Source: Octopus sinensis
Lineage: Eukaryota
Direction of reading: 5' to 3'
Assembly (NCBI RefSeq): GCF_006345805.1
Contig: NW_021834980.1
Location: 1 to 43,693 of the forward strand
Length of the DNA: 43,693 nucleotides
Of the stretch, positions 1-12,760 are shown one piece after another; position 1 is the first letter of the stretch; every line of letters begins with the position of its first letter. The translations under genes and the position numbers were made by a program. Under the pieces are notes generated by a model, which worked only from the letters and a program-made list of their open reading frames with translations, was not told the DNA's origin and did not search any database.

Positions 1-756
1 GTACCCTAACTGTATACAATCACTATCGCCATCTTATTATTACATTTTATATAACCACATCAACATCAACAGCAACAATAGCAGCGCAACGCCGCCATTG
101 CATTGAGAGTAACAATGATAGAAGGATTTCTCTATAACCTTCTGCCTTTTCTACATACTGCAGAATAAGAATTAAACGAACCGATTAATAGAAAATCTTA
201 GTTTATGATTCTCATTGTTATAAAATGACCATTGATTTAAGGTTCATAATACAAACAACAGACCACTATACTTTATTAGGATCCATTTGTCAAAACCGCT
301 AAATATGGCTGGCGTTATTTACACTAGGCGTCTGGATATTGGAATATTTGCTCATAAAGTAACAGATTTGCGGTTTGTGCGTGTGTACTGGCGTGTGAAG
401 CCTTGTGTCGTTAGCGTGTATAAATATATTGGTTGTGTGATATGTGCGTTGCTTATACACATATATGAACATATATGAATATATTCACGTAACACGAAAA
501 CATAAGCGATACACATTCTTAGATATATACATGCCAATAACACACACACGTACAGATGCGCATACACACGCGTATATGAGTGTGTATTGCAGCTATAGAA
601 AATAGTTATATATGTTATTGATATATATATATATATTATATATATATATATATATACACTCACTCGCACAGACGCACGCACAAACACATTCATATATACA
701 CGCATATGGGTGGGTGTGTGCACTTGTAAATGTGAGTAAATAAGTTATTAATGATA

Positions 757-758
757 GG

Positions 759-813
<55 letters not shown>

Positions 814-846
814 ATAGACAGATAGTCAGACAGACAGACAGACAGC

Positions 847-927
<81 letters not shown>
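757..927. repeat. (GATA)n/(GACA)n tetranucleotide microsatellite
   Basis: Direct reading of tandem gata units with a short gaca interruption. Confidence 0.97.
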
Positions 928-1244
928 TATAAACACATACATATGTGACTCAAAACGGATTTTTCCATGCTTATAAAAAATGTGTTCCAGTACTGAAGAA
1001 TAACAATACCAAGCACAATATAACTAATTTCATCTTCGGCTTAAACAACTCTGTATTTACTCGTAATTTTGATAACGAGCCCTGTGAAATACTACAATAT
1101 ATCAATAGAGATTATTGCTACCGACCTACAGTTTTCAAGAACTTAACTAAAAGTAAGCCCTGTAATACTATTTGGATTACCGTCTTTTTTTTTTTTTTTT
1201 TTTAACGTAAAAGCGAATATATGAATAAAATTCCCTACGGCAAC

Positions 1245-1420
1245 GTACTTGCGGGAGTCGTTAGCACTCCCGTTAAAATTTTTAGAGACATTTCGCCCGT
1301 CTTTACGTTCTGACTTCAAATTCACCTCGCCTTTGCCTTTGAACCTTTCGTGCTCGTTAAAATAAGTGCCAGTTCAATACAAAGGTCTATGAAATTTACT
1401 AGACCCATCCCCTAAAATGT
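1245..1420 (+). mobile_element. Degenerate copy of SINE family B (head ggcggcgagctggcagaa)
   Basis: gagtcgttagcac...catttcgcccgtctttacgttctgacttcaaatt...tttgcctttgaacctttcg aligns by eye to the copies at 27067 and 29909. Confidence 0.6.
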
Positions 1421-1579
1421 CAGGATTTGTATATTTAGCAGAAATGACATGTATGAGATTCTAGCATTTAAAGACACGCACTTTCTCAGCTATACCATTA
1501 CATAGCAATTTTTTTTTAATAGAAACTGTTTGAAAGTGACCAAATACTTCTAACCTGAAAAATATATTATCATAGAAAC

Positions 1580-1700
1580 TCTACTCACAAGGCTTTGGAT
1601 GGCCCGAGGCTACAGTCGAAGAAACTTGCCCATGGTGCCCCGCAGCGCGACTGATCCCGGAACCATGTGGTTAGTATACAAGTTACTTACCACAGCTACT
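1580..1700 (-). mobile_element. SINE family A fragment (tRNA head plus CORE-like ccttgggcaagt segment)
   Basis: ctcacaaggctttgg...cttgcccatggtgcc...ggaaccatgtggtt matches the copies at 8244-8641 and 14916-15331. Confidence 0.75.
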
Positions 1701-2063
1701 CATCTAATGCTCTTAGCTACTAAGCTAAGAGCATTAGATTCCTTGGAAGTAAGCAGCGAATGTATGTTTTCGTGTACATCCTTCCAAGGAATCTAACGCT
1801 CTTAGCATAGTTTTTCCTTGGGTTGGCCAGGTTGAAGCAATCTCGAGTATAACCAGCCGAAATTGCAAAGATAATCTGGAACTCGACTGAGGATAGAAAA
1901 CTCCAAATGACCCCTCATTGTTTTCTTTGTATCGTTTCTCTGGATGTTTTGTTGTTCATTTTTTGTAACACCTAACTGTCTGGATGTTTTGCGCTCTTGT
2001 CTCAGTTTTGTATCTTTTATATATAAAATATAGAGGCTTACGTACACTTAGGCTCTATATATA

Positions 2064-2095
<32 letters not shown>

Positions 2096-2217
2096 CAGTT
2101 GTAAGATATAGTGTTTAAATAGCTGATGCGAAATCGTGTATGGTGTGTGTGTGCATGTGGTGTGTGTGTGTGTGTGTGTGTGTTGTGTGTGTGGTGTGTG
2201 TGTGTGTGTGCATTGTT

Positions 2218-2350
2218 TTATTCAGTTTTATTCAAGATTTCTTACCAATAGAGAAAGAACCTTTTTCTAACCTAAAGCCAAAGCTCCTTCATCGGAATTT
2301 CAACATTAACAGGGTGTTTTTGTTAGTATTTATGCATGTATGTATGTATG

Positions 2351-2384
<34 letters not shown>

Positions 2385-3745
2385 TGTATGTATGTGTGTG
2401 TGGTGTGTGTGTGTGTATGTATGTATGTATGTATGTATGTATGTATGTATGTATGTATGTATGTATGTATGTATGTGCAGATTTGTAAGTTTTGCGTTAA
2501 GTATTCTCATGAATATATTTACATATCTAGATATGCTTATTTATAAGTGATAAACTTCTGGAAAGTTTTACAGATTTTTACAGTTCCAGTGATGGATTGG
2601 ATCTCTAGTCTTCGAATTAGCTTTCTCCTTTCTGGTTTTGAGATGCCTAATTTCCCAAGTCTGGTATATAGGCAGTATGTTACATATCCCAGGGCCCCAA
2701 TAATTACAATTAAAAACCTGAACTTGTAATCTGGATAGAGTGACTGCAGATTTCAGTTCAGCATAGGTGTTCGCTTTTTCACTAATCTTCAGCTTTATGT
2801 CAACATCCGCTGGACAGCTAATTTCCCCAACTGTGCACAGTTTCTCTTCTCTATCCCAAATCATTATATCAGGTCTCTTGTGCTTACATTTTATTGTGGT
2901 CTTCACTGGTATATTCCACCAATATTCCTTTTAATTATGAGTGGCTATGGCTTCTACCATGTTGTAGGTTTTTATTTCTTTGTCCTCGGGACTATCCTTC
3001 CAACAGATTTCATTATAGAGTGCCCTAGCCACAACGTCATGTCTCATCGGTAGATAATACTATGATGACATTTTGGACAACTGCTTATGATGTGGGTGAT
3101 ATCTTCAATGTGAACTCCACAAAGTCTGCATCGGTTTTCACACTTTACGTCTTTACTGCATCTCTATCCCTTTTGTGCATCAGGTACTTGGTTGATATTT
3201 CCTGTTCCTGGATTGCAAACGCATACCCTTTAAAGTGGGAGGTAGTAATCAGGCTATTCGTCCATGATAAACTGCTCTGATGATCGATGCTACTATCATC
3301 ACGGAGCGTTCTCCTAACATAGCTATGCATAGTCTTCTCATATAGACTCATCCTTTCATTTGATGATACGTTGCGGTAGAATCGTGCGACATCTTTGGGC
3401 ATGCATTCTAGGTTATCAGACAAATAGTGTTGCTCAAGGAACTGCATTCCAAGTCTTATGATGTTATCAGTCTCATGTATGTTAACTTGGTCAAAGGATG
3501 CACTTCGACATTTGGTAGTTAAAAGATGTTGCCGAAGGGATGTGATGCGACATTCAAAGGCATTTTGGATCGATGCTACGCCTCTTCCTCCTTGTTTTTG
3601 TTTTAGGTAGAGGCGGTCTACATCACAGTTTATGTGGAAATTATATGTGCTTGTTAGTAGTTTTTGGGTTTTCACATCAATGGTTCGGATCTTATCAAGC
3701 GTCCAATCAAGGAGCCCAAATGTTGGTATGTCACCATACAACACA
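2218..3745 (-). mobile_element. 5'-truncated, degraded RLE-type non-LTR retrotransposon (R4/Dong/NeSL-like): RT thumb, RLE domain and 3' UTR
   Basis: ORF 3145-3744 has HINCDVDRLYLKQKQGGRG; ORF 2568-2906 has RPDIMIWDREEKLCTVGEISCP (PD..D/E..K-type). The 3' UTR contains an internal (TATG)n; frameshifts separate the ORFs. Confidence 0.88.
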
Positions 3746-4621
3746 GAGAGATTCTTTGCACTGATGTTAAGCCACTTCCGCTTTCTTTTCTTCAGAGATA
3801 GAAACTACTAATATTGCTGTTTCCCTTGAAGCTTACTGATGAAGGCAGAAACTTTCAGGCTTTAATATCTATGGAGTAGATTTCTTCACAAACTAGTCAG
3901 GTGTCCCGAATATTTGTAACAATTCTTGCACTGTAACTGCATTGTGAAATATTGACTTGTGGTAAGTGGAAAGCCCTGACCACCTTATTTAAAAGACTCG
4001 TATAATATTCTCCGTTCATTCTAGGTTTGCTCACAATATCTTTGTGTGATTTATCTTCACCAGTAAGTAGGTATTTTGTAGCAATCGTTGTGCGAAGTGG
4101 ATAAGATAACAAAGGGTTCTGTGTTCGGAAAACTCGTTTCTGTTTTCAACTGTCAAAAACGAACATTTCTTTTTGTCAAATATATCAGCAGAAAATATTA
4201 CTAAATCCATTTGTTTCTCACCATTGTAAATATTTTGAGTATAAATTTTTACATCGCCCATAAAAGAAATTATGGGTAACATTAGTGTCTCTTGCTGTTG
4301 TGGACTCTAGAACATAAATCAGGATTTTCGCAAAGAAAACAAAAATAGTTTTATTCCAAAATAAGCAGAAGCATGGACATACTATCTCCTGAGAATATTC
4401 TTTCAAATTATTTATAACATCGAAGATAATAGTTTCGCTTGCAGTTATAAGTATAAGGATTACGAACCATCTTTTTGTAAACTTTCCAATGCCAACCACG
4501 AAGGCAGCGAGCACAAGGACCAAACTGCAGTGATTTCAACAAACATGAGATAATAAAGAAAAAAATCCAATTTCTTTCTGTAATGAAGCCACGTTGCCAC
4601 AAGGTGTTGTTTTCTCTTACT

Positions 4622-4826
4622 TTTTTTATTCGGACAGTACAGCTTTATTTATCAAAATATTGGCATTGACGGTATTCTTGTTATCAATGCTTAATCGTAC
4701 AAGTGAAATTCCAGGCGGGGAAGAGTATTTTTTTATAATCAGGACGAATGTCGCTAAACTGGAAGGTAAAACCATGTTTTCTTTATTTTATAACAGAAGA
4801 AAAAGCAAGTTACTGATTTGAGTTTA
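4622..4826 (+). repeat. Left arm of a ~205-bp inverted duplication (partner 5490-5693)
   Basis: Reverse complement of 5490-5693 matches with about four small differences; ORF track shows the same peptide at 4594+ and 5500-. Confidence 0.95.
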
Positions 4827-4979
4827 GCCAAAGAGGAAGCATTGTAGTTAGACACTTTCAAATATACGTTTTAGACGGTCGGCCACCCTCTTCGTCTGTT
4901 GTTTGCGGTCCCATCTTTTGTACTTACATGTAAGTGCATATAAGTATAAGTGTATGTGTGTGTGTATATATATATATTC

Positions 4980-5175
4980 CTTTATTCTTTTATTCTTTTA
5001 TTTGTTTCAATCATTTGACTGCGACCGTGCTGGAGCACCACATTTAGTCGAGTAAATCGAAACCAGGGTTTATTCTTTGCAAGCCTAGTACTTGTATCAG
5101 TTTCTTTTGCCGAACCACTAGGTTACGGAGACGTAAACACACCAACATCGGTTGTCAAGTAATGGTGGGGATAAC
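4980..5175 (-). mobile_element. SINE family A 3' portion
   Basis: ttttattcttttatt...catttgactgcgaccgtgctggagcacc...gccgaaccactagg...catcggttgtcaag. Confidence 0.8.
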
Positions 5176-5199
5176 AAACACACAAATATATATATAATA

Positions 5200-5266
<67 letters not shown>

Positions 5267-5267
<1 letters not shown>

Positions 5268-5403
5268 GGCACTGCACACATCCTACGTAGAACACTTTCC
5301 ATACAATAACCATCAGAGCATCACAACAAATCACAGCACATACCCAAGGCACACAGAGCTGCGCTCGGTAGTGAAGTTAAAGCACGCTATAAAAATAAAA
5401 CTA

Positions 5404-5406
<3 letters not shown>
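5267..5406 (+). mobile_element. 140-bp extreme 3' end of the RLE LINE at 6645-7776, embedded in (AAT)n
   Basis: Matches 7637-7776 with four substitutions; (AAT)n on both sides. Confidence 0.93.
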
Positions 5407-5489
<83 letters not shown>

Positions 5490-5493
<4 letters not shown>

Positions 5494-5693
5494 CTCAAAT
5501 CAGTAACTTGCTTTTTCTTCTGTTATAAAATAAAGAAAACATGATTTACCTTCCAGTTTAGCGAAATTCGTCCTGATTATAAAAAAATACTCTTCCCCGC
5601 CTGGGATTTCACTTGTACGATTAAGCATTGATAACAAGAATACCGTCAATGCCAATATTTTGATAAATAAAGCTGTACTGTCTGAATAAAAAA
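5490..5693 (-). repeat. Right arm of the inverted duplication of 4622-4826
   Basis: Direct reverse-complement match; lies between (AAT)n and the LINE 5' junction. Confidence 0.95.
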
Positions 5694-6556
5694 GCAAACC
5701 CATCAGTGGCTACGGAGCTCAGGGCTAAAAGCAGAGAGCGAAGGTTTCATCGTGGCTGCTCAAGATCAAAGCCTATTAACCCGGAACTACCAGGCCAATG
5801 TGATGAAAATGGAGCAGACCCAAAATGCCGATTCTGCAACGACATGATTGAAACAGTGAACCACCTAATCTCTGGATGTAAAGTCTTAGCACCAGTGGAG
5901 TATAAATTAAGACATGACAGAGTTGGCCAATATCTACACTGGCTAATAAGTCGGCATTACAATATCAAAACTGCCGACAAGTGGTATAATCACCACCCTG
6001 ACGCTGTAACTGGAGGAGAAAATGTAACGATTCTGTGGGACTTTCCAGTACATACAGACCGAACCATCAAAGCCAATAAACCGGATATTGTTGTGAAAGA
6101 CCAAAGCAATAACGTTTGCTTATTGATCGACATGAGCATCCCCTGTGATCATAATATCTCGGCGAAAGAATTTGACAAGCTCAGAAAATATAAAGACCTG
6201 CTCATTGAAATTGAGAAAATATGGCATCTCAAGGAGATTACAATACCAGTGATCATAGGATCACTAGGAATGATCAAGAAGGGAACCGAAAATTATATGA
6301 GAATGATCCCTTGCAAGAAGTGCAAAAGATTGTCTTAACTGGTACATCACACGTATTGAGAAGAGCATTGTCGATGTGAGAACTATTACTACCCATGTAT
6401 TTTAATTTAACTTTATTTCTATCAAAAAAAATGAACGAACTAGTGAGTTTAGTTTAATGGCCTACCAATGTATACTATGAGTTTCTTTGCCCTAGGAGTC
6501 GGTAAGACACTCGGCAAGAAATGGAAGCAAACTTGAAAGAAGAAGAAAAACCCATA
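5694..6556 (+). mobile_element. 5'-truncated RLE-type LINE (CCHC knuckle, RLE, 3' UTR) followed by an (AAT)n tail
   Basis: HQWLRSSGLKAESEGFIVAAQDQSL in an upstream frame, then CRFCNDMIETVNHLISGC, RHDRVGQYLHW and KPDIVVKDQSNNVCLLIDMSIP; frameshifts near 5800 and 6310. Confidence 0.93.
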
Positions 6557-6617
<61 letters not shown>

Positions 6618-6644
6618 TAATAATAATAATAATAATAATAATAA

Positions 6645-7776
6645 CAGCTGGAAAACTACTATAAAATAACCACCATAGGACTGCAAAAATACCTACTTCA
6701 GAAGGAAGGAAAACTGATCCAGATAGCAGCAAAACACGAGCAAAACAAAAAACTGTTCTCAGTATTTAAGGAAGCTGACAAATACAAACAAGAAATCATA
6801 CCACCTAATAAACACAAAGAAGAAGAAGAAGATGATGAAGAAACAACAAAAGCTATAAAACAAATGAAATCCAAACTAAAAATAGAACAGCAACGAGCCA
6901 TGATAAAACGATGGCAAGAAAAGCCCCTTCATGGTAAATACTGCACTAAACTAAACGCAAAAGAAATAGACAAAGAAAAATCCCAGCAATGGTTGAGAAG
7001 CTCAGGACTCAAAGCAGAAACAGAGGGATTTTTAATTGCAGCACAAGGCCAAAGCCTCCCCACCAGAAATTACCAAAAACATGTAATGAAAAGAAATATT
7101 ACAAGTAACTGCAGAATATGTGGAGATGGACAAGAAACAATAAATCATATTATCTCTAGCTGCCCAGTCCTGGCTAAGAAGGAATATATTCACAGACATG
7201 ACAGAGTTGGAACCTACATACATTGGAAGCTATGCCAACATTATGGAATAACAACAGAAAAAATATGGTATAGGCACACACCAGAAAAGGTCACAGAAAA
7301 CGAGAAAGCAACCATACTCTGGGATATGCCGATACACACAGATAGAGAAATTAAGGCCAACAGACCAGATATAGTTGTCAGAGATCATGAAGAAAAAAAA
7401 TGCTTTCTAATTGATGTATCAATACCGGCAGATGACAACGTGTCTCTAAAAGAAATGAAGAAACTCTCAAAATACAAAGACCTGGAAATAGAGATAACTA
7501 GAATGTGGAACCTGAAAACAGAAACAATTCCTATCATAGTAGGTGCATTAGGCATGATAAAAAAATATTCAGACAAATACATAACAAAAACACCAGGACT
7601 TACAAACACATATAACATACAGAAAATTGCACTACTAGGCACTGCACACATCCTACGCAGAAAACTTTCCATACAATAACCATCAGAGCATCAGAACAAA
7701 TCACAGCACATACCCAAGGCACACAGAGCTGCGCTCGGTAGTGAAGTGAAAGCACGCTATAAAAATAAAACTACTG
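6645..7776 (+). mobile_element. Young 5'-truncated RLE-type (R4/Dong-like) LINE inserted in (AAT)n; reading frame open 6645-7679
   Basis: Frame is uninterrupted from the 5' junction (QLENYYKITT...) to stop 7679. Motifs CRICGDGQETINHIISSC, RHDRVG, RPDIVVRDHEEKKCFLIDVSIP, QKIALLGTAHILR; (AAT)n at 6557-6644 and 7777-7854. Confidence 0.96.
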
Positions 7777-7786
7777 AATAATAATG

Positions 7787-7855
<69 letters not shown>

Positions 7856-8148
7856 TTAGGGAATATGATTCCAAACTTACAGGGAAAAATTCAATTTAGT
7901 AATACTAAATCAAAGTTCACAATATATAATACATGTATATAAATTAGAGAAGAACTACCATGAAGCAATTCAACAATGATATACTTAAATCATACCATAT
8001 AGAAAAAAATTAAAGATACGATAAAACATTTACCTAGAACTAAATAGAGTACAAAATAATATATAGGCGCAAGGATGGTTGTGTGGATAGGCGCAGGAGT
8101 GGCTGTGTGGTAAGAAGATTACTGCCCAACCACATGTATATGTATATA

Positions 8149-8184
<36 letters not shown>

Positions 8185-8243
8185 TGTATGTATGTATGTA
8201 TGTATATATATATATATACATATGTATGTATGTATGTATGTAT

Positions 8244-8641
8244 ACTCTTTACTCTTTTACTTGTTTCAGTCATTTGACTGCTGCCATGCTGGAGCACCGC
8301 CTTTAATCGAGCAACTCGACCCCGGGACTTATTCTTCTGTAAGCCCAGTACTTATTCTATCGGTCTCTTTTGCCGAACCACTAAGTAACGGGGACATAAA
8401 CACACCAGCATCGGTTGTCAAGCAATGCTAGGGGGACAAACACACACATGTATATATATATATATATACATATATACGACGGGCTTCTTTTCAGTTTCCG
8501 TCTACCAAATCCACTCACAAGGCTTTGGTCGTCCCGAGGCTATAGTAGAAGACACTTGCCCAAGGTGCCACGCAGTGGGACTAAACCCGGAACCATGTGG
8601 TTGGTAAACAAGCTACTTACCACACAGCCACTCCTGCGCCT
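8244..8641 (-). mobile_element. Full-length SINE family A
   Basis: Minus-strand head ggcgcaggagtggctgtgtggtaag, B-box-like ggttccgggtttagtccc, ccttgggcaagt segment, internal TA/CA microsatellite, (AAGAGTA)n tail. Confidence 0.9.
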
Positions 8642-9390
8642 ATGTATGTGTATGTATATGTATCTTCATGTTCTTTATTTGAAAATTCCCCAACTGTAAA
8701 ACAAGATAGATCTGCAGCCCAGAAACCGTGCTCTATTTTGGGGATTTTGACATCAGTCATCTATGTATGAGTGGATGCACACGCATGTCATCGCAGGTCC
8801 ATTCCTTGTGCTTTCTTATTCTGAAGTTTTCCATTTCAGTCTCAAGGATGTCAACATAAATATTATATGCTTTTGCTGTAATACTAAAACAATAATTCTT
8901 TTTAGGTTTCTTCCAACTATACTTCATTTCAGTTTAAATTATTTTTTTCTTCTCTACAGAATAAATCTGCATCTTCATAAAAAAGGAACTTTTACGATGT
9001 GTTTTGAATACTACTACATCACTCAGGAGACTGCTGATTGATTTGAACCGAATTTCTTAATTATTTTTCTCCCTCGATGTCATTGATCAATATCAGAATC
9101 TAATCAATAACCCTCTTATCAGTACAAGTCATATTAAAATGTTCTGTCTTGTAGTGGGTGCTTTAAAACACGGAATTATCTTTTCGTTAAACTTTTCAAA
9201 AATACATTTCAATTGATTTATCTTCTTCACACTTCCAGATCACTTATTATTGTAACTGCAGCTACAACGGTTGGTAGCTTAGAGTGGACGGTCAGCCTGT
9301 CTACGAGAAAATACGGTGGCGGTTGGAGTCGGGTCTATTTTCACACGTGTTTCAAATATTTGTGCAATATGAAGAAGTTCATGCACTGAT

Positions 9391-9700
9391 GAATGATAAA
9401 CGTCGCCCCTTTTCAAGCCTATCCAGGCTCATGGGCCCGGTTTCCCGGTTTCTATGGCGTATGTGTCCCCCCCCCCCCAGCGGGACGGGACGCCAGTCCA
9501 TCGCAGCGTTACTCAAGAAACAGGAAGAGAGAGTGAGAGAAAGTTGTGGCGAAAAAAGTACAGCAGGGATCGCCACCACCCCCTGCCGGAGCCTCGTGGA
9601 GCTTTTAGGTGTTTTCGCTCAATAAACACACACAACGCTCGGTCTGGGAATCGAAACCGCGAACCCGCTGTCCTAACCACTGGGACATTTCGCCTCCGCG
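9391..9700 (-). mobile_element. SINE family C (tRNA head) with 12-bp target-site duplication
   Basis: Head ...cccagtggttaggacagcg...gtttcgattccc; tcatgcactgat at 9379-9390 and 9701-9712. Confidence 0.9.
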
Positions 9701-9962
9701 TCATGCACTGATAGTCGCATGTTTTTTCGAATAAAGTTATTATCAATCTTCTTTTTACGTTTGGCAAATGCTGGTGATTGGCGTGATTATTTTGTTAAGA
9801 AATAATTTAGTACAAGACAATATTCGTCGGAGTAGAATTTAATTCTATTCATATATAGACGAAGCTGTGGCTGTGTGGTAATCTTGATATAGAAGCTAGC
9901 GGTTTCGAAGCAGTTGTCTATAGTTTTCATCTTTCTCGTTGATTTTCAAAGAAATATTCACA

Positions 9963-10285
9963 GCGGCTGATTTCTATGACGGTACACACTTTCTCTTGTC
10001 TGCATGTCTATCAGTAAGCGAGTGTTGTGTGCAGGTAGGAAAATGAGGATTCGCATGACTGCTTATTAGTGAATTTTGATAAACGTACTCTTTTACTCTT
10101 TTACTTGTTTCAGTCATTTGACAGGGGCCATGCTGGAGCACCGCTTTTAGTCGACCAAATCGACCCCAGGATTTATTATTTGTAAGCCTAGTACCTATTC
10201 TATCGGTCCCTTTTGCCGAACCGCTAAGTCACGGGGACGTAAACCCATCAGCATCGGTTGTCAGTCGATGTTGTGGGGGACAAAC
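9963..10285 (+). repeat. Donor copy of a 323-bp direct duplication (partner 12038-12360)
   Basis: Base-by-base match with four substitutions; includes ~120 bp non-SINE flank plus the SINE A 3' half. Confidence 0.95.
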
Positions 10286-10491
10286 AGACACACAAACACA
10301 CACACATACATACATATACATATATATACGACGGGCTTCTTTCAGTTTCCGTCTACCAAATCCACTCACAAGGCTTTTGTCGGCCCGAGGCTATAGTAGA
10401 AGTCACTTGCCCAAGGTGCCATGCAGTGGGACTGAAACCGGAACAATGTGGTTGGTAAGCAATCTAATTACCACACAGCTACTCCTGCGCC
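10087..10491 (-). mobile_element. Full-length SINE family A
   Basis: Same head, body and tail as 8244-8641. Confidence 0.9.
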
Positions 10492-10670
10492 TTTGTCTCT
10501 CTGCATTTACATGCGAAGTTACATATTTTTGTGTATCAGTTTTTCCATTGGTGTGTGTTCGTGTGTCTGGGCGTGCGAAAAATATACTACTTTTTCTTTA
10601 TCGATTAGAATGCGTTTCTAATATCTGTCTAGTTGAATATATATATATATATATATATAATATATATATA

Positions 10671-10771
<101 letters not shown>

Positions 10772-11124
10772 TTTGTATGCGGTCGGTTTAGGTACGTATA
10801 ATTTATGTACGTATGAGAATGAGTTTCTACGTGTGCAGATAACATACTCTATGTTCACGTGGTTATGATCATGCATGTGAGTGAAGAAATGTCTATGTGT
10901 ATGTGCGTATATATGCAGCTATGGAATATAGCCAATTCTTCGCCAATGATAACCAATGTGTTGCCATCACAATTCCACAAACATTTTCTTTAAAAAATCT
11001 TCTTCTGCGGTGACGCACAGCTGTTGAGAAAGAAATATTAAAGCAGTTAATGACATGTATAGAATTATGTTTATGTGCCTATATACACCGATAAACATGT
11101 AAGCAACAAAAGTGCCACAAACAA

Positions 11125-11125
<1 letters not shown>

Positions 11126-11189
<64 letters not shown>

Positions 11190-11198
11190 TAGATATAC

Positions 11199-11282
<84 letters not shown>

Positions 11283-11308
11283 GCATATATATACATAGAT
11301 ACATGTAC

Positions 11309-11349
<41 letters not shown>

Positions 11350-11605
11350 CATATATCATGCTTATGCCAAAATACATTCACATACATACACACATACATG
11401 CATACATACATATAAACATACATACATATTTACATACATACATATATACACACATGCATACATACATACATACACACATACATTCATACATACATACATA
11501 CATACATACATACACACACACATACACACATACATACATACATACATACATACATACATACATACATACATACATACATACATACATACATACATACATA
11601 CATAC
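11126..11605. repeat. Compound microsatellite (TA)n-(GA)n-(GATA)n-(TA)n-(CATA)n
   Basis: Direct reading. Confidence 0.95.
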
Positions 11606-11984
11606 ATGGGGATGTGTCAATGTGAATAAACAAAACGGAAAGGATGGGCTTGAAACCGAAGACAGAAAGTAAATATGGCTTATTTACTGCGAGATTTAGA
11701 AATTTCAGTGACTATTTCTCTATATCTCTGCTAATAACACAAACTTTGAGATTGAATTCGGATAAAAGTTGTTTTATTATCAAGCGTTCACCAACAAACT
11801 CTAAATTTTTCTTCCCGCTCGGTGTCTTTTAATGTCAAACAGTTCGGATATAAGTATTTGCATACTGCCTTGTCTCACATCCAACAAATGAACTAGTATC
11901 ATCTCTCTTCTCTGTTCCCCATCATTCTTGCTTAGAACGTCAAACATATAGAATTTGCAGTCTACAAGGTTGTATTTTTTTTAT

Positions 11985-12470
11985 GAGTTCGCTAAATCGT
12001 TGGCACGCTGGGCAAAATGTTTCGCGGCATTTTGTCCGCGGCTGATTTCTATGACGGTACACACTTTCTCTTGTCTGCATGTCTATCAGTAAGCGAGTGT
12101 TGTGTGCAGGTAGGAAAATGAGGATTCGCATGACTGCTTATTAGTGAATTTTGATAAACGTACTCTTTTACTCTTTTACTTGTTTCAGTCATTTGACAGG
12201 GACCATGCTGGAGCACCGCTTTTAGTCGACCAAATCGACCCCAGGATTTATTCTTTGTAAGCCTAGTACCTATTCTATCGGTCCCTTTTGCCGAACCGCT
12301 AAGTCACGGGGACGTAAACCCATCGGCATCGGTTGTCAGTCGATGTTGTGCGGGACAAACTGAGTTTAAATCCCGCAGTGGTCGACTTTACCTTCCGTCT
12401 TTTCGGCGTCCTTTAAATAAATACTATTCAAACACTCGGGTCAACAGATCCCCCTCATCAAAATCTCGAG
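11985..12470 (+). mobile_element. Degenerate SINE family B interrupted by the 323-bp duplicate (12038-12360)
   Basis: aaatcgttggcacgctgggcaaaatg...cattttgtccg before the insert; tgagtttaaatcccgcagtggtcgactttacctt after it. Confidence 0.75.
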
Positions 12471-12489
12471 CTTTAGCTACTGTACTTTT

Positions 12490-12760
12490 TTTGCCATATA
12501 CTTTTCGATGATGTTTCAACATACTTTTAAAGATTACCATGAAAGTGTGAAATTTCAGTTTCACACGGACGGAAGTCTAATAAAACTAAACGGGCAAAGC
12601 TTCAAATCAAAGAAAAAGACCAAGGAAGAGATTCTACGTGAGTTTCTGGTTGCTGATGATTTCACTTTGATTTCTCATTCATTTGAGGAAATTCAGGAAA
12701 TGGTTGACAGGTTTGCTGCGGCTTACTATCAGGTTCAAGAAGACTTAAGCTTTATTTCAA
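12490..12760 (+). mobile_element. RTE-clade (BovB-like) reverse transcriptase fragment
   Basis: FHTDGSLIKL...KTKEEILREFLVADDFTLISHSFEEIQEMVDRFAAA resembles the RTE RT region around the FADD catalytic motif. Confidence 0.75.

Noticed and set aside
3825-3862. ctgatgaaggcagaaactttcagg, hammerhead-like
   Set aside because: CUGAUGA and GAAAC are present, but stem II cannot form and stem III is not palindromic; at best a heavily decayed remnant.
4025-4062. Possible 38-nt exon (ttcattctAG|...ca|GTAAGT)
   Set aside because: Splice-like motifs are common by chance in AT-rich DNA; no recognisable peptide or partner exons.
4218-4523. Hydrophobic 101-aa ORF resembling a membrane protein
   Set aside because: No family motif; hydrophobic residues are expected from T-rich codons.
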